64,000 bases of DNA from contig OZ241826.1 in assembly GCA_965202585.1 (NCBI GenBank), positions 44,268,001 to 44,332,000 of the forward strand, read 5' to 3'. Of the stretch, positions 40,001 through 52,610 are shown piece by piece; the stretch's first letter is position 1; every line of letters begins with the position of its first letter. This DNA comes from Thalia democratica (Eukaryota). Both the position numbers and the translations under genes were made by a program. The notes beneath the pieces are model-generated. The model was not told where the DNA came from, did not search any database, and worked only from the letters and a program-made list of their open reading frames with translations.

Positions 40001-43000
40001 TTTCAAATTAAAACGTAGCCTCTTAGCCGTGGTGCATCTTATTTTCATTCCACTCTGCAACCTACTCTATTATTTATTAAGCGGAAAGTCATTACTCCCA
40101 GGAAAAAAGCTACAGAAAAGTGCATCATTTTCAACTCGTGACTTAACTGTAAAACTGGTGTCGTTTTTCGAACTTATTCACTTAAAAATATTATTTTGGA
40201 TACAAAACTTCTTTTTTTATATTATTTTTTTGTGTATACTTTTTGCAAATTTTATTATCAGGCTACATCCGCAAACTGTTTTTGTACTAACTTTAATAAC
40301 AAATGACTTTACAATTTAATTAGTTCTTAAACCTAAGTATAGAAAACGTTTCGATTGCGGGAAAGACGTATCAGCGAGTGAACTTGGGTGACAACTGAAA
40401 CTTGATGCAAGCCATGCCCGAATGTGACGTCACAATGGCCGAAGAATGCGAGCTGAGAGTTATTGATAGCTCGGCGATCGTATGCTTTTATGATTTTCGC
40501 AATGCATCATTAATTTCGGCCCAACCTTGGTTTTATCTGTTAAAGTAACTGCTCTTTCCTGTTTTGTTCGCAATAAAATGTTTTACAAAAGCGTTCTACT
40601 TCGAATCAGTTTCTTTTTCAGTTTCGAAATGATCAAAAGTATTAAATTAGTTGGTTCCCAACTCTAAGCTTAATGCTTAATTCTGCAATGAAAACTTGTT
40701 ACTTCTAAATTTGTGTAAGTCAATTAATCGTTGTTGAAGTTAAGCTTAGCAAGCCCAAACACAACGACGTGTTTGAAAAGTAACGCCAATAACGTTTGGT
40801 TAAAGATTCCATCAATAATTAATCTTAAAGTTGAAAGCTTTAACTTATTTCCTAGCTTTTTTTTGAATCAGCCAAGGTTGAAACCACTTAAGACCGTTCA
40901 ATGATTATCTTTTCTTTTAATCCTGGCTGTTAAAATTTTAAACGTAGAGTAAAAAAACTCAGCTACTCAAATACAACTAACTTGTGAAGTAGTCCAAAAT
41001 AACTTAAAAGAATGGATAAAAACTTAATCACAAATTTAATTTAATATTTATTAAGTTAAACTTTTATTTTTAATTTTGTTTTAAGTTTAATAAACTTAAG
41101 TGTACAGCATTTCTCTTAATACCCGTGTTTTACACTAGTCTACAAAAAAGGTTTTCTTAATTTAGTTATTTGCTCTAAAGTTTTATATCATTCTTAATTT
41201 TTCACCAAACATTATTTAATTTTTGTAAATAAGTACAAACTTTTGAAAAGGGGAGATATGAAATAATACTTGGATTTTTCAAACAGATGTAGTAAGTTTT
41301 TAAAAGTTTAATTTTTGTTTAATAATTTTATTAAAGTACAACAAAAAAGTTTTATTTCTTATGTTTAAGCTATACATAGAAATACAACAAATAATTTTGC
41401 GTTATTTTAGTGTAATGACTATAACATTTCAATGCTACGATACAGTGGTAAGTCATTTAACTTGCCTTTAAGTACATATACCAAGTTAGAGGTATATTTT
41501 ACAACTTAAAGTTAGTGCATTGCAGTTGCTTTAACAAAAAGCTAACCAACACCCTTAAAACCCTTACATTGTCGCCAACCAGTTGCTGGAATCTATATAG
41601 AGTGCAAAATTAAATTTATAAACCTTGAAAAGCTCTTATTTACTCTTTGAAGATAGCCTTTTGTTGTTGTAAGCGTGTTATCTCTTAGGCTGGCGTCCAA
41701 GCAAAGTTCCATTAACTACAAAGATTCTTGCAGCTCAAAACAGAAAAAGTACCTCTCCGTGTTTACCTTGCGGCAAACGGAGCGATAAAAACCTTAAAAT
41801 GACCACACCTTTGTTAAAAGCATCGCTGCAATGCAAACACAATCTCGAATCGATTTCGACGCTCAAGAGTTGGACTCTGCCGTTTTCGATTTGGCACGGC
41901 AATTGATGTGAAAACAAACCGACCCAGAGCACACCTTTTATCTGCGCATTGCCCACATAATTGACATTTTCTACATTTGAAGTGTTGCGAAGAAAGCACC
42001 GTGAAACGAATATTTATCTGAGCGTCTAGAAAAATTGAGTCTGCCTAAATCACTGGAACTAATGATAAACGTTTTTTTTTTGTTTTTACAAACAAATATT
42101 TTTACAACAGAAGTAATTATTTACTATCAAAATATAAATATTCCTCGCATAAACTGCAATTGAAATGTAACTAACGTCGCTGTAAATTGTGAACAAATAA
42201 AATTTTACGACCGATTCTTATAACGTAAAAACAACAAAATTTAAAGATAAAAATTTATTTTATAAAAATCTATTTAGAACAAAATTAACCATTATAAAAA
42301 TAAAAAATTGATGGTTAATGATGCCTGAGTAGTTTTTTAAATCGAATGAGATAAAAATTTGATAGAAATAGTGTTAGTAGTAGTTTTAGATATTTACCAG
42401 GAATCAATTAAAAAAAAAATAAAACAGATAAACTTTCAAATAAAAATAAATAACTGGCAATTTCATAAATCGCCATCGGTTTAAATTATTTCTTTTTTCG
42501 TTTTAAGGAAACATATGGTTTAGTTTGATGAAAAAATATTGCAGAGAGAAAGCACTTTTTTGATAATATATTTACGCCTTCTACATACTTTTACATAACA
42601 AGTGCACTAAAACCTACCACAAGCTTATAACTAATTAATAAATAACTTTATTTTATAAAGATTGTATAAAAAAAAACAAAAATAATAGTAATATGCCAAC
42701 AAAACATTGATATCGGTTAGAAAAGTAGAAAACTCGCTTAATCATACTTAATAATTTTACAACAAAATTTCTTAGAGCTAGTGGTTTAGTTTACAATTAA
42801 AACTTGATAGACACAAAAAACTGTTTACATAAAAGCTTTGGAACAATAGCTTACAATGTCTGAGGTATGAAACTGTAGTTTTACCGACAGAAATAAATCA
42901 CTGGCTCGGCATTGTTAAAACTAGTTTACCAGAACTTTGTTTTTTAAAGTTTAGAAACTTTAAAAATTATAATCAGAGACCTGGTTCCTTCGCCTTGCTT

Positions 43001-46000
43001 GGTCTTTAGAATAAAACTAGAAATCAATTTAAATAGCATTTTTTTATTAAATTTAAAATAACTTATACTTATTTTTTAGTTGTTTTCACATATTTAAAAA
43101 GAAATTATAGACAAATAAATCGTAATATAGCTTAAACAGTACTTTTTATTCAATTTAAAATAATTTGAACTTATTCTTTAGTAGTTTTTATATATTTGAA
43201 ATCATAGAAACCTTTATTTTATTTATATTTTTGTGCTTAAATCAAATTTGAACTACAAAATTTTAGTATTTGTTTTGTCTTTTTTACTAGTAATACAAGT
43301 AAATTGCACTGAAACCTTAGACAATAAAAAGTTTAAGCTGTCCAAAGTTTATAGTTACAATAAGAAGAAAGAATCATCTAAACAAAAGGATCTAGAAATT
43401 ATATAAGGTTGCCTTAAGTAATAAAAAAAATCTTTAGAAATTTTTCAAGTGTTTAGTTTGATGAAAAAGAATAAAACAAAACCGTGATTGATTGCTCCAT
43501 AACAATTACACTGATAAACAGATTCAATTTTTAATTGTCTTCGTGGAAGCAGAATACTTGAAAAACTGCTGAACTCTTTCAAAGAGTTAACATGTTTGTG
43601 AACTTGCACAGATGATTAATTTGTTTGAAATAATTCTCATGAAAAGTTTATCAGGTTTTCAAGAGTAGTTACATATAAAACGAATTCTCTTACAATAAAA
43701 TTTTACAAATATTTTTATAATTTTTCGTTTTTATCTAATTTCTTAAAGGTTTTGAAATACACGCACAGTACTTATTTGTAACTTAATTTTTTTAAGTAGT
43801 GTTGTTAAATAAAAGACTGGTTACATTCTGCTGATTTCTTCTATGGTTTTAGAATTTTGATACCGTTTAGTACTATACTGTTGAGCGTTTTAATGAACAA
43901 AAAAAGCATCTAGTAAAGTGAAAAATGTTATTAACAATCTGGTTTTCTTGATAAATTTTTTTTTATGAAAATGAATAACACAATAATATTAGTTAAAAAA
44001 GTGTTTTTTGTATTTTTCTATAATAGCTTACATTAAACGTTTTTTTAAACCAAGTTTTTTTAATTATTAAATCTAAATAAACTCAAACTTTATTCAAATA
44101 GATATAATTGTTCGTTTTTAACAACTTAATGCATATCAATCTTATTTTGTACACATAAAGATTTTATTGCGTTAAATATGTTTATTGAAAGTAATAAAAA
44201 CTTTTTTCAATGTTATTAACTGTAATTTGTGACAATTTTAATTTATTGCATCACTTTTTTTTGATGTTTTTAGACAACTTTGTTTTAATCTTTGTTTTAA
44301 GAAAACGTTATTATTATAATTATTATCTTAGATAAAAATTTAGCTTAAAAATACCATACTTTTTCCTACTAATAGTTTTAATAATATTAAGTATAAAACA
44401 ATATAAAAGGAAGGTCGTATTTCAATGATTGGTAGTTTAACTTAGTATTGTTTTTTTAATGAATTGAAGATATACTATTTTTGTACTAAACTGAGTCTGA
44501 AAGTTAACTTTTTATAACACATAATTAAAAGTAAATAAAAATTAATTCATAAAATAAAGTTTTAGATAAGATGAAAAAATAAATATTTTGTATCTTTCCT
44601 TTAAAAAAAAATGTATCCGATTATTGTTCTTGTTTTTTACAAACAATGTGTCAGTTGATTTTTTTAATTTTTTTTTTTTAGAAAGTCATCACTGTTTTGT
44701 CGACACGTTTTTTAAAATAAGGTTTTAGTTAAAAGTTTTGCTTAGTTCTTTTGTCTAAATACACCATGTAAATTTTCAAATGGTTTGTATCATTTTTTCT
44801 GGAATGAGCCATATTAGGATTGTTAAGCTAATTCAGGAAATCGTACAAATTTTATTGGAGTTTCTTTATACGACTTGTGAGTTCGATACAGGTAAAAATA
44901 ATTTTTTAAACTTATGTATCTTTTTTACGATTTTTAATTTAATGGGTAAGTAGAATTTTGTTTTTAAAGTATAGTTTAAAGAATTTAAAACAAATATCTG
45001 ATAAAAAATTTCCAAGTTTTTAAAGCTTAAGTAACCGTAAATTAACACGAATATTGTTTTAACAAACATACTTTTAGAATTCAAAAACTTCATTAAAAAG
45101 TTATTTATAATATTTTTGTAGCTAGGTTTTAAAATTTTACTTTATACTCAAAACATAATTAAAAGCACAATACTTAACTTATTAAAGACTGAAGTTACTT
45201 ATGTGCTTAGCATAATGTTTTTAATGCATGTTACATCAAACTAATAACCTAACAAATGAAACAACTTATAAACCGCTTGATTATCTTGATTAACGCATTT
45301 GCGCAGTTAAAGTTAACTCACTTAAGATTAAGTTTTTATTTTTTCTCTTGCGTCACCTAACGGTTGCTAAATTATTTCTGCTGTTTGAATCATTTAAACT
45401 GCTTAGGCTACGTATGAAAAAAACTGTTAGTTTATATAAAATTTAGAGGTGCAATGAGCTTAAAGACAACTTAAAAAGTAAGGACAGAATTTTTGAAGTT
45501 CTACGTAAATCCTTGTGATATAAACAGTTTTAAATACAATATATCATTTTTCTAAGCTAAAAAACAATTTTTAAAACTTAAATGTTTGTTAAACAAAGTA
45601 TTGGTAGTTAATTAAGCACCAACAACACTTTAGGAAAGTACGTTTTTGTTCTGTTTTAATCACGTTCAACTTTTTTCTGAACACTATTTTATAGGCTCGA
45701 TAAAAATTTTGTTGTAAAAAAATGGTGAAAAATATTTTTATTTTCAAGAACAAAAAACCTAAAAAAGTTAAATACTTAAAAAAAATTAAATTTTAAAGTT
45801 TTTTTTTTTTAGAAACAACATAGTTTACTGTGGGCAAGTTTCGTAAATATTTGTTTATAAGAAAACCCAAGAACATGTATGATAAAAGTATACAAACTTT
45901 GTTTTACATTGTTAGAGTAACAAGGTTTTCTTGTTTAATTCATGGAAAAATAAACAAAAAAACTATAAGTAACCTATACAACTACATTGCCTTGTTACAA

Positions 46001-46230
46001 CATTACGATAAAAAATTAATAACATAAAACAACTACTCACACTTAGTTAAGAGGATGCTTTTCACTAATGAAAAAAAATATTAGTTTCAATCCGTGTACA
46101 CCCCCGTTTTTATTTAAATACTAAACAAAAACAGCTAAAAAATTATTCTTCTACTTACAGTCTATAAACATGATTCAACTGCTTTTAGCTCAATACCAGA
46201 GTGAAAACAACTCGCGTGTTATCAGATAAG

Positions 46231-46236
46231 TTTATT
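46231..46236 (-). terminator. Polyadenylation signal of the protease gene
   Basis: AATAAA on the - strand about 22 nt after the stop codon at 46258. Confidence 0.65.
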
Positions 46237-46257
46237 GGCGAAACCATCACAAATATT

Positions 46258-47959
46258 TTACATATCGGCCGAGGTGGCGGTCTGTTGGATCCACGAGTAG
46301 ACGTGGGAGTTCTTGGACCAGGCGGACGGGTACCTGACGTTGCAGGTGCTTGAACCCCATGAGGTGTTGCCGACCAGGTACCAGGTTCCGTTGTCGTTCA
46401 CTGCGAGTGGACCACCTGAGTCTCCCTGAAAATTTTAAGTTATAAGCTTTCATTTTAGTAAATTTCAAAACTTACTGAGTATGGTGATTTTTTTATTTTT
46501 TTTTATTAAATGTTAAAGTAATTTTCTTAAAATATTATTACTTTGTTAATTTTCGAGGTATAACTTAAGTTTCAATCTATAAACTTTAAATCCAATACAA
46601 ACTGTATTAATGTTTACAAGAATTTCTATCAGTGTTTAAAAATTTAACTAATCTTTAAGTGTAAGCCACGTTTTTTAGACTTTATAATTTAAAAAAAAAT
46701 TTCTGTCGTAACTTGAAAGCAACAGCTTTTTTGTGAGCCAATTACCAGCTTTGCAATAACAAAATATACAAACAAAAACTTTTAAACCTTACAAACACTA
46801 AAAATGGTCTTCCTCTTTTTATTAAATTTTTTTAAATAATGTTTAATATGTATAACAAACGTTGCATCCGCTGTTGCTGGTTGAAGCTCCGGCGCACTGC
46901 ATGCGGTCAGTGATGACGATGACGCCGTCCCATGCGGCCTGGCAGGTCTCGACGCTGTCGAGGACGGTGTAGGCCATCTGAAGGTCGCGAGGGATGGAGC
47001 TGATGGCCCCGGTCTTGCCCCACCCGGTGATCAGGGCTTGGGTTCCGGCTGGGTACTCCTTGCTGGCCACTTTGATGTATTGGATCTGTTTGTAAAATTA
47101 TTTTGCAATAAAAAAATAGATGTAAGATATTAAAATTTTCTTGAAAATTACAGTGATTTAGTTTTTTCCAAAATTTTTAGTTAAATGATATTATTTTTCC
47201 GTAAAAAGCCAAATCTGAATATCAAAATAGTCTTACGTCGCTATCTTCAGCAACAGATTCTTCGAGAGTGATGACGGAATAATCCCAATCGATGACGCTC
47301 TCGTCGTAGTTGGGATGGCAGGTGAAATCTCCGGCGACAACTTTCTTTGGGTTGCGGTAGTCAGTGGTTCCCATGGCGACGTTGATGCGGCTAAATTCAG
47401 ACAAAGCTTAGACTTACGACATTTTTTTTAAGTTTTATAACATATCATTTTAAATAACTTTGGTTTTTCCATACATTAGTAACTACATAAAACTGAATAA
47501 AGAAGAAAAACAAACGGGTATTAAATATTGTATGCTTTGTTGTTTTGTATTTTTTATTAGGTTTTCAAAAAATTCTCACCCCAAGTTGCAGTGGCAGGCC
47601 GACATGACGTGTCTTGATCCGATGAGGGATCCTCCGCAGAAGTGGGATCCGGTGCGTTGGAGGGAAACTTGCCATGGTGCGACACTGGTATCCGGTGCGT
47701 CCTGACCGTTGACGATGCGGTTCTGCAACGTGGTCACGTGGTTGCGGCTTGGGTGGGCTAAAACGTACATTTTCGTTAAATTGTTAAATCTTTTAAATTA
47801 GTGTGATCATGAGTTGAATTTTTATTACTTTATTTCAATTAAAGTTTACAAGTTTTCTTTATTCGAAGTATTATAATAAAATGTTATACTTGATTGTTTA
47901 AATGTTTTTTTAAACGTACCTGCTGCAAGAGCAAACAGACAGACGAAAATGTACATCAT
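46258..47959 (-). CDS. S1A serine protease, chymotrypsin/elastase-like secreted zymogen, 254 aa, 5 exons
   Basis: Exons 47959-47920, 47757-47580, 47390-47237, 47085-46861, 46425-46258 (40+178+154+225+168 = 765 nt), all introns GT-AG and in phase. Signal peptide [14 protein letters not shown], activation site QNR|IVNG, CGGSL, catalytic His (SACHC), Asp (DWDYSV) and Ser (GDSGGP). Ser at the 189-equivalent position (SGCNGDSGG) indicates non-trypsin specificity. Confidence 0.95.
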
Positions 47960-48017
47960 TTTGATACGAATAAGTTGAAAACCTTCTCGTAAGTGCAGTG
48001 TGTAGTTTTAGCGTCGG

Positions 48018-48024
48018 TTATATA
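48018..48024 (-). promoter_or_regulatory. TATA box of the protease gene
   Basis: TATATAA on the - strand, about 60 nt upstream of the ATG at 47959. Confidence 0.55.
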
Positions 48025-48071
48025 CCGTAAAGTGTTTGCTTGTGGTGCATATGAACGTTGTTTGAAAACAA

Positions 48072-48088
48072 CATCTGTGCAGTTCCCA
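48072..48088. promoter_or_regulatory. PTF1-like composite element (E-box plus TC-box) upstream of the protease
   Basis: CATCTG-TGCA-GTTCCCA: an E-box and an RBPJ-type TTCCCA about one helical turn apart, about 50 bp upstream of the TATA box. Confidence 0.45.
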
Positions 48089-50249
48089 TTCAAAGTAATG
48101 CTTGCGTTAAGATCTTAAAAGCTTAAAAAAGCTGCAAACAGTTAGAAACAAAGTAAACAAACATTTACGAAGTTTCAATATTGTAAGCATTTAAAAATAT
48201 AGCTGTGTTATATAACTTATCGTGTTGAGTAAATACTTTTTGCTCGTTTGTTTTTTTAGTGCGACCCATACTATTTTAATTTAATAATATTTTTGTCGTA
48301 AACAAATTTTCAATATCACTCACTAAAATAATATTTTATCATCAAATTAGCAGAAAAACAACTTAGTCTTTAAATTTCTAACGTAATTTAAAAAAAAAAA
48401 TTTGAAAAATTAAAAAAAACTCTTTGCACTAACATGTATAGAAAAAAAATCTCAAAAACCAAAACAAACGACACGAGTCTGTGACGAAGGCGTGACGAGG
48501 CTCAATTATGAGGTCATTAAAACAATTGTGAGGTCAACTCGGAACTTCGCCTGTTCGGTTTCCATCGGCACGTTTGCGGCCACCCTGGTAGTTTCAAACT
48601 CAATTTGCGCTCGTGAAACTACAAAGCTTCGGAGAGTATTAGCTTTCGCAGCCCGATGACAAGTTTTCTGAATAAATCACTTTAGAGCTTGTGTTTGCTT
48701 CGGAGCTCTCTAAATTTCATATGCACACTTTCTGCAGTTGGGTAGATTATTCACAAAGTTAGTTTTTTAAAGTATTTTAAAACTTGAAACAAACTAAATT
48801 AAATACTTACTAAACATATTTACTAAATTCAATTAATCGTTTCGAACTTGTTTTAAAAGCTTTTTAAATCTAGAAAGTAAATTGCTTTGTAATAATAAAA
48901 AGTTTTAAAACTACTCTTGAAATATACTAAAAAGGTTTAGTTTAGTGTACATAATGTATAGTTTATTATCTAAAGTATTTGTGGAATCAGAACTAACAAG
49001 CTTACATTAAGCGCATTAGTCTCAATTACGCAAATTGAAATAGAAACAAAACTAAACAAACAAATTTATTAAAAGTTAGCTGATAAAAAAAAGTCAATAT
49101 TTTTTTTTAAGAAACCAAATGGTAAACAACCGTTGAAATTTGTTGTAATACAAATGTCATATATTTCTAAGTACACCAAAAGTTGAGCCTATATTGAGTT
49201 TTTATTCCTTTCTAGTATTTGTATGTAGCTTTATGAATAGCTAACTAAAATAGCTAGTTGTATAGAATATATATTTATTAGTTAAAAATCAAACAACTAA
49301 CTTTATATAAAAGTAGTAAACTCTTTTAAATATGCTACTAATACTTTATATAACAGTTAAAACACTACCATTAGGTGCCTATCTACAAGTAAATAACAGT
49401 CAAATTTTAGAATTATTTTTAAATCAATTTTTTTAATGCGTTTGAGCTTAATATTATTTTAAGCAGCTTTTTAAATAACAGTTCTTGTTAAGTAAATAAC
49501 TTAAATCTTGTTTAGTCTATATAAACAAAATGTTAAAAGCTGTAGTATGTAATCATTAGTAATATTATCATTAATCAACTCCAATAGAGTTTAGTCCTAT
49601 AAAAAACACGTTACAATATTGATATGTGGGTGATCATTTGGATACCAACTAATCTAAAGAGTATTTGTGTTAGAGTTTTAATAAAAACAGTAGATTAAAA
49701 AATAACACAATGTTTTTAAGTTAAACATATATATATATTTATATAAATATACGTACATAAACAAATTATTCTACAAATATTTGTAATTGAAAACACTAAA
49801 GTCTAATTTAATTTAAACTAACTTTAACAACACCTCTCAAATGATTTATGTTAGAATATAAACTATCAACTTAATTTTCAAAACTCGATTTTGTTTGGTC
49901 AAAATTTGCAAAAACTTGATATTAAGTAGACAAAATATTAAAGAATTATAGCAGAAGTTTTATTACTTTTGAAAAAGCCTGGCAAAATAAAAAAACTTGG
50001 GTCCAAGATATCTAGATTAAGTGACATAGATTTCATTCTATTTTAAGAGCTTAGTTACACAGTATGCTAAAAAAATATTATGTTTAAAAAATTAAAATTA
50101 CGCTTTTTAAACTATAAGACGATATTTTATTACAATTTTACATTTTAGTATGATACATATAAAATTTTGCTTTAAAAAAAAATTGAAAGTTTTTGTTGCA
50201 GAAAATCTTTAAAACATTAAATTTATTTTATGAATTTAATTACTATATC

Positions 50250-50650
50250 CAGTGGTCTCCAACTAAAAACAATCTATGGACATTAAACTCTGAATAAAAT
50301 TCTGTGCACCCCAAGTTGTAGTTTTGTGTGCCTCTAGTGGTGGAAAAATGTAAAAAAATTATTTGACACGTTTTGTTTGTTTTATATTTGTTTTTACAGG
50401 GACACTAAAATTGGTTTTACTTTTAGTTTATTTTATTTTTTCATGCAAGACCTTTATAAAATGAAGTTATAATTCATAATGTTTTCAATTAGCTAGTTCT
50501 GTTTCTAATAGACTTTTTAATATTTTAGTCTTATTTGAACAGTAATATTTAGTTAAAATCGTGTATGTAACGGTTCGGCAAACTTTGGCCCGTAAAATGC
50601 AAAAATAAAGGCCCGCAGACATGCAAATGTCGTCCACAAATCAAAAATAG
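50250..50650. mobile_element. Possible hAT/Charlie-like element remnant
   Basis: CAGTGGTCTCCAAC at 50250-50263 resembles Charlie-type termini, with ggcccg motifs at about 50587 and 50610. No matching right TIR or TSD found. Confidence 0.25.
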
Positions 50651-52610
50651 AACTTTACACTAGATACTCTGGGTTTTAAAGTGAAGGGCAAAGAGAAAAA
50701 AGGTCGTTGGTACATTTGACAGGAAAAATCGAAACTTACACTTAACATTTTGTTCTGTTATGGAGAAAAAACTAAATCAGCGGCTCGCGAATATTCTTAT
50801 TGACGGTCAACAACCATCAAATGCCTACTGACTTTTGATTTATGCACCCCTTTCAAAAAACTCCCTGCTTGTCTCCGTTTCCACACAAAAATTATTATTA
50901 TGCCACAATAGCTCACATCTACACAGTTACTTTAATTTAGTTATTTTTCATTTAAAAAGACTACTATTTTTGTTGAACAAAAATGTTGACACAAAGTAAA
51001 AGAAATTATAAAACGTCTCATCTGAAGGTTGAATGTCTGCTGGGGATGCTTGCAAACAACTTCTTCTTGCCGCGTTGAAGTGGAAAACATGTGTTATGAT
51101 GTGTCGTTGCTCGTTGCATATCCGGAATGTTAACTTTTACAATTTGTGCCTTTTGTTAAAAGATTAAATGTTTAAAAACCCTAATAATAAAGTTAAATTA
51201 GTTAAGTTTTCAACATCAATATTTAGTTACTTCAATAGATGAGTTAACTCTTAATGTTTATAAAATAAAAAATAAATAAATTATAAATATTTATAAATCA
51301 AAAAAAAATAAAACTTTTTCTACAGAACTATCCTGAGGTAAAGTAACATTATCAAAACTAGTTTGTTTTTTATTAAAAGTTCAAAAACATCTGAGTTTTT
51401 TTAAACTCTCAAACGTTAGTAGTTTGGGTAGTCAATTAACTTTGAATTCTAGATTTTGAGAATTTAATCAAAAAACTTGGAATTTTGAAAAATAATTACA
51501 TTATAGAAAACGAAATATAAAAAGTAGTTATCATATATTTAAAAAAAAAAGACATTATTTGAAATTTTATCTATTCATAAAAATAAAGAACATTACAGTA
51601 TCTTTTTAACAGTTTTATACTTTCATAAAAACTTTTTACCTTAAATTTAAATTCTACCATAGAAGGACAACAAAATAATAACAAGTAATACTTCCAAAAT
51701 GTTTGTGAAGAAGAGTATTAAGCTAATTTAAATAAACCAAAAGATAAAGAACTTATTCAAGTAACTTTGTTTAACATGTTACAACCTGTGGTCATAATTG
51801 TCAAAAATAGCTAGAATTTTTTTCTAATATTTTAATGAACAAACACAACTGCAAATCAAAATCAGTAGTTACAGCAACTACGCCTTTAATAAATTTAAAT
51901 AAGTATTTCTTCTGTAAAGGCATATTTTAATGCTTAGTAAAAAACTACTGAAATATTTTTTAAACTATTTGGTGTCTAAATATTTTTTTTTTTTAATGCA
52001 GACATACATAGCTCAAATAAATGAATTAAAACGAAACAAGTAAATTTTAAATTGATAAAGCTTTGAAAATTTTAAATTTTAATATTGTATTTAGGGCATT
52101 TTATTGTTATTAAAATTAAATCTGATCTGCAACACTTTAATGAATATTAGTGTCAGAAAAACTTTATGTAATCTTTACTTAAAATAGTTGGTTTGTAAAA
52201 TAGCTAGAATAGTTTTAGATATCTAATATTTTATCAAATTATATTAAATGATACTTTTAAAATACAATATATCATTAATCACGTACTAGAACACAATTAA
52301 TAGAATGCTATTTCACTCTGGTTATTTCTAAATCATAGAATAGCTATTAAAAACTTAAACACTCTGTTTCAGTCTTAATTGTAATTTAAACAGCTATTTA
52401 GTAGTTTTAGTTTCTGGAGTTGAAAACTAAAACTCAGATACAAACTTTTTTTTGTTCATTATTTGAAGCATTTCTGTGTAAAATCTTAATTTAAAAACAT
52501 TAAACTAGTTTTTTAATGAAACATGTTTAATTTAATTAATTTTTTGTTGTATGCTTCGCTAATAATTTTATTTTTTTCAGTTTTGACTAATAGTAAACAG
52601 TAGCTTAAAT

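Noticed and set aside
41735-41999. Short ORFs on both strands in the 41.7-42.0 kb island
   Set aside because: No codon bias, motif or flanking splice chain; treated as a non-coding island.
3186-51400. Recurrent ACTCAG/CTGAGT hexamer
   Set aside because: A rough base-composition estimate gives on the order of a dozen copies by chance, similar to what I saw.
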